From Myxococcales bacterium (lineage in GTDB: Bacteria > Myxococcota_A > Polyangia > Polyangiales > DASUME01), in contig JASGJH010000001.1 in assembly GCA_047601445.1 (NCBI GenBank), positions 8,032,001 to 8,096,000 on the forward strand: a stretch of 64,000 bases of DNA. Reading direction: 5' to 3'. Below, one piece after another: positions 27,881-36,943 of this stretch. A program made the position numbers and the translations under genes. Numbering within the stretch: the stretch's first letter is position 1; the number at the start of each line of letters is the position of its first letter. Below the pieces are notes generated by a model, which was not told where the DNA came from, did no database searches, and worked only from the letters and a program-made list of their open reading frames with translations.

Positions 27881-29382
27881 TGCGCATTCTGCTCACCTGG
27901 TCGGACCGATCCGCGCTCGAGAATCCGCGCTCCCATCAGGTCAAGCGCTCCTCACAAGACCGGGGACCAGTGCTGCGCCTGCTCGACCAGGAGGAGAGTC
28001 AAGGGGCCTACGACGCAGCTTGGGTGCTCACCACGCCATCTCACGAGCTGGCAAGCCGCGATCTCATCCAGGAAATGCAGCGTTCCATCCGTACGGTCGA
28101 GCTCAAGGTACTGGCCGTCGATGATCCATCCGACCACGAGAAGCTCTTTCGGGCGCTCATGCCCATCGTCCAAGCGGTGCCCGCTCAGGCCGAAGTGACC
28201 TGCGTACTCAGTGCCGGTACGCCCCAAGCGCAAACCCTGTGGGTCGTGCTGGTGAAGTCGGGGTTGCTCCAGGCGCGTATGGTGCAGGTGATTCCGCCCG
28301 CCTTCGTGCCGCATCCGCACCCCAAGGCCATCCGCGAGGTCAACCTCGACATCGTGGGCTTTCCGGAGATCAGGGCGCTGCGCGCGGAGGTCCTCCAGCT
28401 ACGCGCTCGGGCGGGGGCCCGGGCGGGCATGATCGGGCACAGTGCGCCGATGGAGCAGCTGGTGAGCCGCATCGGGCGCGTCGCCACGGCACGCGTGCCT
28501 ATCCTGGTGTTCGGCGAGACTGGCAGCGGCAAGGAGCTCGTGGCGCGTGCGATCCATGCGGCCAGCGAGCGCGCCGCGGGTCCGTTCTTGGCTGAGAACT
28601 GTGGAGCGCTTCCCGAAGGGACTCTGGAGAGTGAGCTATTCGGCCACGAACGCGGGGCGTTCACAGGAGCGGCGCAGCGTCGCAAGGGATTGTTCGAGAT
28701 GGCCCACGGAGGCACCTTGTTTCTCGACGAGCTCGGTGAAGCAGGGGCGAAAGTCCAGGTCCGCTTGCTGCGTGTGCTGGAAGACGGTGTTCTGCGGCGC
28801 GTGGGAGGCGAACAGGAAGTTCGCGTCGACGTGCGCATCGTGGCGGCTACCCACCGTGATCTCGCGCGGATGGTGCGTGAGGGAACCTTCCGCGAGGACC
28901 TCTACTATCGGCTGAAGGGCGCCGTGCTCGAGGTTCCGCCTCTGCGCGAACGCATGGCGGATCTCGAAGAGCTGGTGGTTCATTTTCTCGACCAGCATGG
29001 AGGTTCGCGGCCCATGCCCACCCGTGCGGCCTGGCGCGCTCTGCAAGGCTATTCCTGGCCAGGCAACATCCGCGAGCTCCGGGCCGAGGTCGCACGCTGG
29101 CTGGTCTTCTGCGACGAGCGTGTCGAACTGGAAGATCTCTCCCAGGAAATTCGAGCGAGCGCCGGCGTCCAATCAGGCCCTGTGGGCAAGCGTACACGTG
29201 AACTCACGCCGAACCTCACCAGCAGAGGAAAGCCGCGCGTTCTCTCGGAGCTCGTCGAGGAGCTCGAGCAGAGAGCCATCGAAAGTGCACTGGAGCGCAA
29301 CGAGGGCAATCTCTCGCGCGCCGCTCGCGACCTCGGAATCGATCGCAATACGCTCAAACGAAAGCTGCCAGGGCGAAAGTAG
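27880..29382 (+). CDS. rtcR: Sigma54-dependent activator, RtcR-like (CARF-like N-terminal domain, AAA+, Fis-type HTH)
   Basis: LSAGTPQAQ CARF-like motif, GETGSGKE, GAFTGA, FLDE, WPGNIREL and C-terminal HTH; divergent from rtcB. Confidence 0.8.
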   Translation: MRILLTWSDRSALENPRSHQVKRSSQDRGPVLRLLDQEESQGAYDAAWVLTTPSHELASRDLIQEMQRSIRTVELKVLAVDDPSDHEKLFRALMPIVQAVPAQAEVTCVLSAGTPQAQTLWVVLVKSGLLQARMVQVIPPAFVPHPHPKAIREVNLDIVGFPEIRALRAEVLQLRARAGARAGMIGHSAPMEQLVSRIGRVATARVPILVFGETGSGKELVARAIHAASERAAGPFLAENCGALPEGTLESELFGHERGAFTGAAQRRKGLFEMAHGGTLFLDELGEAGAKVQVRLLRVLEDGVLRRVGGEQEVRVDVRIVAATHRDLARMVREGTFREDLYYRLKGAVLEVPPLRERMADLEELVVHFLDQHGGSRPMPTRAAWRALQGYSWPGNIRELRAEVARWLVFCDERVELEDLSQEIRASAGVQSGPVGKRTRELTPNLTSRGKPRVLSELVEELEQRAIESALERNEGNLSRAARDLGIDRNTLKRKLPGRK

Positions 29383-29409
29383 TTGCCTGAGCGCTGCACT
29401 TTGGAGCGC

Positions 29410-30027
29410 CTAGGCGAAATCCCTACACACGATCACCGCAAAGTCGTCCTGCAGCCTTCCCGACGGCAGCCGAGAAGCGCGCAGCAGAAGCTCCGGGATG
29501 AGCTCGAGATCGGGTGAGCGTACGATATCCAGCAGCCGCTCGCGCCGGCAGTACTTGAAGAGGCCGTCGGAGCCGAGCACGAGCGTGCCGCGCATGGGCA
29601 CTGGGCCGAAGGGGACGGCTGAACAGCGTCCCGAGCCCACCAGCGGCTTTCTGTTTTGGTTCTCTGTGAGCATGATCTCGTCGGTGTTCGAGACGAGCCA
29701 GGCTTCCGAATCGCCGACGCAGGCGCCTTGAATCTCGCCATCGGCCACGACGGCGACCAGTGCAGTGGTCAGGCCTGCTGAGGCAAGGGGCGGCGATTGG
29801 TCTATCGCGTGCAATGTGTCCACGAGCAAAGCTCTGGTGCTTTTGTTCGCATGTGGAGCGACGCGCCCGATGTATTGGATGACGGCTTCGGCAGCTCCGG
29901 CTGCACCCGAGGTCCCGCCCGCGCCATCGCAGACCGCCAGAAGACTTCCAGTCGCCCAGGACCCGATGTGCAGGCGGTCGTGACCTTGCGCGCCCGCGGG
30001 CTGAACGAGACTTCTGATCTTGAGCAT
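29410..30027 (-). CDS. PP2C-family Ser/Thr phosphatase
   Basis: VCDGAGG, VGDS, SDGL and QDD motifs. Confidence 0.85.
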   Translation of the reverse strand: MLKIRSLVQPAGAQGHDRLHIGSWATGSLLAVCDGAGGTSGAAGAAEAVIQYIGRVAPHANKSTRALLVDTLHAIDQSPPLASAGLTTALVAVVADGEIQGACVGDSEAWLVSNTDEIMLTENQNRKPLVGSGRCSAVPFGPVPMRGTLVLGSDGLFKYCRRERLLDIVRSPDLELIPELLLRASRLPSGRLQDDFAVIVCRDFA

Positions 30028-30140
30028 GCTGCTCCAACGCTTCGAGGGGGCAGTCTAGTCCGCGCTCGACATCCCTTGGGCAGGGGTGAACGCCCTCCTT
30101 CGCCATCGCCCGCCCCCTGCCACCGTGCTAGCCGCGGGCC

Positions 30141-31265
30141 ATGCAGGTTTTCGTGGTCGTAGCGATTGTGCTGTGTGCTGGGGCGCTGGCGGCTTGTGGG
30201 GACGAGCCCGTCGAGAAGGTGTCGGAGGGAGTAGCCTGTGGCTCCGATGCGAACTGCTTCGACGGTCACGTATGCGTCGCGGCTAGCGCGGCGAAGGGGA
30301 AGGTCTGCACGCGAACGTGTGTGGACACGCAGTCGGCACCCGAGGGCTTTTACTGTGGCGATGGCGAGCGCCCGATCGGCTGCGAGGGCGCTGACGAGAG
30401 CGAGTGTGCTAGCTGCGGCTGCGCCGACGACGCCGAGCTTTGTGAGCCAGGGGTGGGGTGTCACCCGCGCGCTGCGGTAGGGGAGGCGTGCGACGATGAC
30501 AACGATTGCGCGTCGAGCAACTGCAGCACCTTCGCTGGCGTGTGCCGCGTGGCGGTAGGCAGCGCGTGCACGGCGGACAACTGCGACATCTGCTGGACGT
30601 TGCCCGACTGGTCTTGGTGCAGCCGCGAGTGCACGAGCTATCAGTGCGGCACCAGTGGCACTTGTCTTGGAAACAGCATCGATCCGTACACCTGCAGGCC
30701 CATCTGCGCCGGGAGCGTAGATTCTAGCTGTCCTGGCTCGTGTAGCGCGCTGGTCGATGATCCCTCGCAGCACTACTGCGAGTGCCCCGACTGCGACATC
30801 AAGGAACCGCCTCATCAGCTGGGCGAGCTCTGTCGAGAGGACAGTCAGTGCACCACCCAGAACTGCATGCTCGTCCTCGAGGACTGCGAGCGCTCGTTTT
30901 CAGGCTGCAGGTATCTCGGGGTGTGCAGCAAGGCTTGTACGACCAGCGCCGATTGCGAGGCAGGCAGCCGCTGCGGCGAGGGGCACTGTCTGATGCCCTG
31001 TGACCCCATGACCTACGAAGACTGCCCGACGGGAACCAGTTGCGCGCTGACGACGGTCGTGGAGGGCGTGACCGGGATGCCGCTCTGCGACCCGCGCCAT
31101 GTGAATGGTACCCCCTGCCACGGAGATACGGACTGTCAGAGTGGAGTGTGCACCGCGGGCCTCTGTCGCGGGAAGGTGAGTCTGGGGTACGCGTGCGTCA
31201 CCGAAACCGACTGCATCGAAGGCCACTGCTGCGGCGGCAAGTGCGCGTCGGCCTGCCAGAACTAG
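30141..31265 (+). CDS. Cysteine-rich lipoprotein
   Basis: LAAC lipobox; repeated GxxCxxDxDCxSxxC modules. Confidence 0.8.
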   Translation: MQVFVVVAIVLCAGALAACGDEPVEKVSEGVACGSDANCFDGHVCVAASAAKGKVCTRTCVDTQSAPEGFYCGDGERPIGCEGADESECASCGCADDAELCEPGVGCHPRAAVGEACDDDNDCASSNCSTFAGVCRVAVGSACTADNCDICWTLPDWSWCSRECTSYQCGTSGTCLGNSIDPYTCRPICAGSVDSSCPGSCSALVDDPSQHYCECPDCDIKEPPHQLGELCREDSQCTTQNCMLVLEDCERSFSGCRYLGVCSKACTTSADCEAGSRCGEGHCLMPCDPMTYEDCPTGTSCALTTVVEGVTGMPLCDPRHVNGTPCHGDTDCQSGVCTAGLCRGKVSLGYACVTETDCIEGHCCGGKCASACQN

Positions 31266-31429
31266 AGCGCATCTCACAACCTGCTCTGTCGGCTTTCGGC
31301 CGATACGACGCCATCTTCGGCCATCCGAGTCCGCTGCGGAAATGCGCTGCATTTCGTCGGTCCTCGGACGCCGAAGCGGACGCCGTCTCGACCGAAATCC
31401 TCGGTCGCGGGCTATGAGATGCGCTCTAG
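31262..31429. mobile_element. 168-bp MITE-like cruciform repeat
   Basis: Perfect 15-bp terminal inverted repeat CTAGAGCGCATCTCA / TGAGATGCGCTCTAG with three internal hairpins. Confidence 0.7.
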
Positions 31430-31595
31430 GCGTCGAGAGTAAGGTGGATGGTGCGGCGGTGCCGGACACGCGCGGCTGCGGATCGTCCGGCGTCCCCGCT
31501 CCGTAGTCAGGGCCACGAAACTCCCCCGCAAATGGCCCTCTGCAGACAAAGCGTCCCATCGCAGCTCGGCCCGCAGGTAGAATTGCGGGGACGGC

Positions 31596-33065
31596 GTGCG
31601 CGCTCTCCGCGACATCTGCCTTCGTGCGGTAGTCCTGGCAGCGACCATCGTCGCGGCGGGCTGCGGCCGACTCGGCTTCGAGCTGCTGGATGTGAATCCG
31701 GTGGACGGTGGCGATCCCGACGCTGGCAGGCTCGATGGTGGGCTCGACGGGGAAGTGAGTAAGCCCAGTGAGGAATCTCCCTCGGGAGACGCCGCGGCGG
31801 GCCCACACGCCGAAGGAGACGCCGGTGGGGACGGCAGCGCCGCGGATGCAGCGTCGTCAGCAAACTGCGGCAACGCCGCGGTGGAAGCCGGCGAAGAGTG
31901 CGACGATGGGGCTGCCTCTGCGACCTGCGATCCTGACTGCACCTTCGCGTCCTGCGGAGACGGCGTGACGAACGCGCTGGCAGGCGAGGCCTGCGACGAC
32001 GGCGATCGGCTCGCCTCGTGTACCGCGACTTGTCATCTGCCCGAGTGTCGTGCGGGCTGCACCTGCGAGTGGTACGGCGGCGTGCGCTACATGTTCTGTG
32101 CAGAGCAACTCACGGAGGTTCAGGCGCGGGCTGCCTGCGAAGACCTCGGCATGCGGCTGGTGCGGATCGGCACGGGCACGGAGCACACCTTCCTGCGCCA
32201 ACGCACGCTGCAGGACGGCTACGGCAAGTTCCATCTCGGCGCCACTGACGAAGCTTCGGAGGGCACCTGGGTCTGGAATGATGGAACCGCGTTCTGGATG
32301 GGGGTCGCGAACGGTGCGCCGATCAACGGGGAGTTCACCGCATGGGCGCCGGGGGAGCCAAACGCCTTCGTCGCAGGCGAGAACTGTAGCGAGGTGCAGA
32401 GCATGCAGGGCTGGAACGACTGCACCTGCGATCAAGTGAAGCCCTTCGTGTGCAAGGAGCAGCGTGATCCCCTTGCAGTCTGCGGTGACGGCGTCGTCGG
32501 CCCGGGCGAGGCCTGTGACGGCAGCAGCGTACTGTGCGATGACGACTGCTCGCCTGCGATCTGCGGCGACGGCGTCGCGAACGCAGCCGCTGGGGAGCAG
32601 TGCGATGACGCTGCGACGCAGCAGTATTGTCAGCCCGACTGCACGGCCCGCGTGTGCCCTGCGGGTTGCTCATGCCTGCAGGTCGCAGGGCGTAGCTTCG
32701 CAGTATGTCCGAGCGCCAAGACGTTCGGAGAAGCGGGGGTCGCATGTGGCCGCGCCGGGATGACGCTCGCACGCGTGCAGAGCTCGACCGTGGATCAAGC
32801 CCTACGCGGCGCGGCCACAGGCGCCGGCATCGGTGAGTACTGGATCGGCGTGTTCGACATCGATCAGGCCGATCGCTGGCTGCGCAGCGATCTGTCTCCC
32901 GCCTGGAACGGGACCGCGACCGGCACAGCGCAGGGCTATGCGAACTTTACGACCGGCGCGCCCTCGGGCGCCAGCAATCAGGACTGCCTCGCCGTGCTGC
33001 CGACGGGCAAGTGGCAGGACCGCAGCTGCACCGTGCAGAAGCCGTACGCCTGCGAGCAGCTCTGA
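31596..33065 (+). CDS. Lipoprotein with two C-type lectin domains and myxobacterial Cys-rich repeats
   Basis: AAGC lipobox; CGN/CGDG..E.CDD repeats; WAPGEPN...ENC..WNDC and YWIG...DC...WQD..C lectin motifs. Confidence 0.85.
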   Translation: MRALRDICLRAVVLAATIVAAGCGRLGFELLDVNPVDGGDPDAGRLDGGLDGEVSKPSEESPSGDAAAGPHAEGDAGGDGSAADAASSANCGNAAVEAGEECDDGAASATCDPDCTFASCGDGVTNALAGEACDDGDRLASCTATCHLPECRAGCTCEWYGGVRYMFCAEQLTEVQARAACEDLGMRLVRIGTGTEHTFLRQRTLQDGYGKFHLGATDEASEGTWVWNDGTAFWMGVANGAPINGEFTAWAPGEPNAFVAGENCSEVQSMQGWNDCTCDQVKPFVCKEQRDPLAVCGDGVVGPGEACDGSSVLCDDDCSPAICGDGVANAAAGEQCDDAATQQYCQPDCTARVCPAGCSCLQVAGRSFAVCPSAKTFGEAGVACGRAGMTLARVQSSTVDQALRGAATGAGIGEYWIGVFDIDQADRWLRSDLSPAWNGTATGTAQGYANFTTGAPSGASNQDCLAVLPTGKWQDRSCTVQKPYACEQL

Positions 33066-33084
33066 TCGCAGGCGTACGAAGCCC

Positions 33085-34422
33085 TCACCTCAACGCTTCG
33101 AAGTTGGTCCACGGCTGCGAGGGGCGATCCCTCATGTAGCCGTCGAGCCAGTTCCATTGCGGGTGGCGCTTCATGAAGGCCTGGGCGTCGAAGGGTTGGC
33201 CGCAGGCGCGTCCCCAACGAGCCCACAGGGATAGGCGCTCGGCCATGCGGCTGTCGGCGACCTTGGCGTCGCAGGCGCCCCATGGGTTGTAGGGGCCGTG
33301 TTCGGAGACGCCGACCCGGGCGTCGTCGACTTCCAAGTGGCCGCAGATGGTGCGCGAGCTTGGGTGGTCGTCCTGCTCGAGGTACACGTCGTGGTGATCG
33401 GCGATCATGAGCTTGGCGGTCTCGACGTCGATCTTGCCGCGGTGCTGCTCGGCGAGTTGCATCCAGCGCAGGCGTCGCGCGCCGTTGCGGCGGATGTCGG
33501 TGAAGTCGTCGCCTTCGCCGACGCACTCCTGGTTGCGGATCTTGAGGTCGGTGGCGGTGTTGAAGCCGCAGTAGAAGCCGTCCTTGGTGGTCTGGAGGCC
33601 GGCGTGGTGGAGTCCGAGCTCGTAGTGAGCGATCTCGTTGGTCTTGGTGTCTCCGAGCAGCCAGCTGTTGGCGTAGCCGCCGTTGTTGCTGGTGGAGAAG
33701 AGTTTGCACCACTCGGAGATACTGTTGGCGTACTGGCTGGCCTTGCGGGAACGGTAGAACTCGGGCGAGCCCGAAGGGACGTAGCCGACGAAGTTCGAGA
33801 TGGTGGTCTCGGTGATCATCAGCCCTGCCGAGGTGAGCCAGAAGTCGGTCCCGCTCGCGATGTAGCCGGGCTCGCCCTGCATGAGGATGCGGTTTCCATC
33901 CTTCGGCACGATGTCGAAGATGATGTTGAAGGCGTCGCCGGCAGCGAAGCGGTCCCACGAGTTGTGCGCCATGACGATGCGGCCATCGCGCGTGTGTTTG
34001 CCGGTCGCTACGAAGGCGCTGCAGTGGTGTCCGCGTCGTCCCTGCCAGGGCTTGGGTCCGAGCTCGGGCTTTTGCTTCTGGACGTGGCTCGGCCACCAGC
34101 TGGAGAGCAGGTCCATGTAGCCGTTCCAGGCGAGTAGCGCCGAGTAGGGCACCTCGGCTCCCTCGGCAATGCCGTGGAGTTCGGCCGCGAACTCGTCATC
34201 CAGATGATCGGAGAACTGCTCGAGCGCGGCCTTCTTGAAGGTCTCGAAGCTCTCGCCGGTGTCCCAGGTGGCCAGGAATTCCGCCGTCCGAATGACGTCC
34301 TTGATTTCCTTGGCGAGCACCTTGCCGTGCTGCAATCCGCGCTCGTAGGGAGCGCCCTCCAGGTGTACGAACACCCAACCCGCCTGATCTCTTCGGACAG
34401 CAGGCTTATTCTTGTCGGCCAT
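33085..34422 (-). CDS. C45/phospholipase-B-like autoproteolytic Ntn hydrolase
   Basis: GAPYERGLQHG, H-CSAF nucleophile site, AHNSW, NNGGYANSW. Confidence 0.8.
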   Translation of the reverse strand: MADKNKPAVRRDQAGWVFVHLEGAPYERGLQHGKVLAKEIKDVIRTAEFLATWDTGESFETFKKAALEQFSDHLDDEFAAELHGIAEGAEVPYSALLAWNGYMDLLSSWWPSHVQKQKPELGPKPWQGRRGHHCSAFVATGKHTRDGRIVMAHNSWDRFAAGDAFNIIFDIVPKDGNRILMQGEPGYIASGTDFWLTSAGLMITETTISNFVGYVPSGSPEFYRSRKASQYANSISEWCKLFSTSNNGGYANSWLLGDTKTNEIAHYELGLHHAGLQTTKDGFYCGFNTATDLKIRNQECVGEGDDFTDIRRNGARRLRWMQLAEQHRGKIDVETAKLMIADHHDVYLEQDDHPSSRTICGHLEVDDARVGVSEHGPYNPWGACDAKVADSRMAERLSLWARWGRACGQPFDAQAFMKRHPQWNWLDGYMRDRPSQPWTNFEALR

Positions 34423-34449
34423 CTGAAACCTCCTCTTCGGTGCGTGCGC

Positions 34450-35355
34450 TCAGTGCGGTCGTGCGTTCTGGCCCGGTCGCGCCGCGACCTCGGGGCGCTT
34501 CGGGAGGGGAGGAGGTTCCCCGGTCGACGGATAATCCGGAACCAACGGAAACTTGGGCGGGCCGTCGATGATGATCTGTGAGCTCACCTTCTGCTTCGCA
34601 TCGATCTGGATCAGCTCGCCAGAGCGCAAGAGGCGCCAGTCGGGGCTGTCGTCGAGGGGCTCGCTGGCCACCACCACGCACGGACGATCCGTCATGTGGT
34701 GAGAGTGAACGCCCAATTGACGGCTCGAGTAGTGGAGGGGACGTCCGCCATGTCGGCCACCCTTCTCGCGCTCGAGCACGTAGAGCTTGTCCGTCTCTGG
34801 GTAGCGAAAGGCGAACAGCTCCGTGGGCGTGGCGATCAAGCAGTTGATGGAGCAGACCGGGAGGTTGTCGACGACCCAGCGCACGGCGGCGTTCAGGCCG
34901 GCCTTGATGTCTCCGTTGTGTTGACGGATTTCCTTGGTGATCAGCGCGAAGTATCGCTCGGAGTCGGTCTGGCCTTTCACCAGTGAGCGCTCTTCACCGA
35001 GATAGGCCTCGAGCCGGTCGAGTCCGCCGAGCATGCCGTTGTGAGCGAAGATCCTGCCGTCCATGGTGAACGGATGGCAGTTCTCGGGCGTCTTGGGGCC
35101 GGTCGTCGCGAACCGAATGTGCGAGACGAACACTTGGGAATCGATCTTCTTCGCCTCGCGCCTGAAGGCGGGATCCTCGTACGCAGGGAGCGGCTCCTTG
35201 TCGAGGACGGGCGAGCCATCGGGCTTGAAGAACCCGAGGCCGGTGCCGTCTGGATTGCGCCTACTCTGATTCATGAGGCTGTCGGGCGCCTCGATTAGCC
35301 AGAACTTGGCGCTCACGCTCTCGGGCGCTGCGCTGAGACCAAACAGTCTGCACAT
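34450..35355 (-). CDS. Class II glutamine amidotransferase-like protein (EgtC/YafJ/Dug3 family), copy 1
   Basis: MCRLFG, NPDGTG, HIRFAT, NCHPF, AHNG, TDSE, ASEPL. Confidence 0.9.
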   Translation of the reverse strand: MCRLFGLSAAPESVSAKFWLIEAPDSLMNQSRRNPDGTGLGFFKPDGSPVLDKEPLPAYEDPAFRREAKKIDSQVFVSHIRFATTGPKTPENCHPFTMDGRIFAHNGMLGGLDRLEAYLGEERSLVKGQTDSERYFALITKEIRQHNGDIKAGLNAAVRWVVDNLPVCSINCLIATPTELFAFRYPETDKLYVLEREKGGRHGGRPLHYSSRQLGVHSHHMTDRPCVVVASEPLDDSPDWRLLRSGELIQIDAKQKVSSQIIIDGPPKFPLVPDYPSTGEPPPLPKRPEVAARPGQNARPH

Positions 35356-35507
35356 AAACTCTCCCCCGGTGTGGTGACTTCTTCAATCTACCGGCCGATG
35401 CTCGCGACGCCACGACGTGCCGCGCATTCGCGCGACTTCCGACGTCGTGGCGATCTGCGCGGCCTGGTCCTCATTGCGTGCGCATGCGCGCAGAGCCGCT
35501 CGCGTGC

Positions 35508-36899
35508 CTAGCACTTGATCGAGCGCTTGTAGTGATCGTGCAGCACGGGCGGCGTCGCGTTGCCGCCATGCTTCTCCAGATAGGCGATGGCCGACTCGAG
35601 GTCGTTGGCAAGGATGTTGACGCAGTCGTGGTTGAGATGAGGGCGAACGACGATACGCAGGGTGCGCACGTCCTGGGCGTCGGGCGGCATGGTGTAGGCC
35701 GAGACCACCCAGCCCTTTTCGCGGACCTTGTTGGAGATGTCGAACTCGTTGTAGTTCTTGATGCCCGGCTTGAGCGACATCGCCACCACGGGGATGCGCT
35801 GGGTCTTGTTGAGGAGGTCGAACTTGCCGGTCTTCAGCAACCGCTCGCGCAGGAAGATCGAGTTGTCCAGAGCGTGCTGCATGATGCGCGTGTAGCCGTC
35901 GCGGCCCAGGCGCAGCATCTGGTAGTACTGCATCAGCACGGTGGCCGCGCCCTTGCTGAAGTTGAGCGTGGCAGTGGGGGCCTCGCCACCCAGATAGTTC
36001 ACGTAGAACACGAGGTCCTCTGGGTACACGGAGCGCTCGCGGAACACGATCCAGCCGAGGCCCGGGTAGACCAGGCCGAACTTGTGGCCCGAGGTGTTGA
36101 TCGACTTGACGCGCGGGAAGCGGAAGTCCCAGGCGTAGTCGGGGTAGAGGAAGGGGTTCACGAAGCCACCCGAAGCGGCGTCGATGTGCATCGGGATGGA
36201 GATGCCGGTGCGACGCTCGTAGTCGTCGAGCCAGTCGTGGATGCCCTTGATGTCGTCGTCTTCGCCCGTGAAAGTCTGGCCGGCGATGGCCACCACGCAG
36301 GTGGTGTTTTCGTCGACGAACTCTGCGAGCCGCTCGGGCGTGAGGCGGTAGTCGCCGCGTTTGAGCGGGACGATGCGGGGCTCCACGTCGAAGTAGCGCA
36401 TGTACTTCTTCCAGACGATCTGCACGTTGCCGCCGGTGACGAGGTTGGGACGGCTGGCATCCTTGCCCGCCTGTTGGCGCTGCGCGCGCCAGTTCCACTT
36501 GTGGGCGAGGCCGCCGAGCATGCAGGCCTCTGACGAGCCGATGGTCGCCGCGCCGTAGGCCTCGACGCCCTTGGGGCCGTTCCACAGGTCGTGCAACCAG
36601 TTCACGACCTTGGACTCGGTGAGCTTGGTGTGCGGGTACATGTCGGGGTCGGCGAAGTTCTTGTGCGCGTGCTCCACGTAGATGTCGCGCAGCTCGGGCT
36701 CGACGAAGGTCGTCACGAACGACGAGAGGTTCAGCTCGGGGTTGGCGTCCGTCCAGGTCTCGCTGTTGACGATGGCCTTCGCCGCGCGCGCGCTGATGCC
36801 CGTCTCGGGAAACTCGGTCGGGATCTCGATGTTGAACTGATCGTAAGGAGTGACCGCGGCGACCTTGGAAAGCTCGCGTTCTCCGCTTGGACTTAGCAT
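35508..36899 (-). CDS. gadB: Glutamate decarboxylase (PLP-dependent)
   Basis: NLSSFVTT, TIGSSEACMLGG, HIDAASGGF, SINTSGHK; AAGGAG SD. Confidence 0.92.
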   Translation of the reverse strand: MLSPSGERELSKVAAVTPYDQFNIEIPTEFPETGISARAAKAIVNSETWTDANPELNLSSFVTTFVEPELRDIYVEHAHKNFADPDMYPHTKLTESKVVNWLHDLWNGPKGVEAYGAATIGSSEACMLGGLAHKWNWRAQRQQAGKDASRPNLVTGGNVQIVWKKYMRYFDVEPRIVPLKRGDYRLTPERLAEFVDENTTCVVAIAGQTFTGEDDDIKGIHDWLDDYERRTGISIPMHIDAASGGFVNPFLYPDYAWDFRFPRVKSINTSGHKFGLVYPGLGWIVFRERSVYPEDLVFYVNYLGGEAPTATLNFSKGAATVLMQYYQMLRLGRDGYTRIMQHALDNSIFLRERLLKTGKFDLLNKTQRIPVVAMSLKPGIKNYNEFDISNKVREKGWVVSAYTMPPDAQDVRTLRIVVRPHLNHDCVNILANDLESAIAYLEKHGGNATPPVLHDHYKRSIKC

Positions 36900-36943
36900 G
36901 GCGTGTAACTCCTTCTTTCTTTCACGGTACCCACCGCGCGCCC

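Noticed and set aside
35408..35452. 11-bp inverted repeat CGCCACGACGT/ACGTCGTGGCG after gad
   Set aside because: No U-tract and no second copy seen; at most an mRNA-stabilising hairpin
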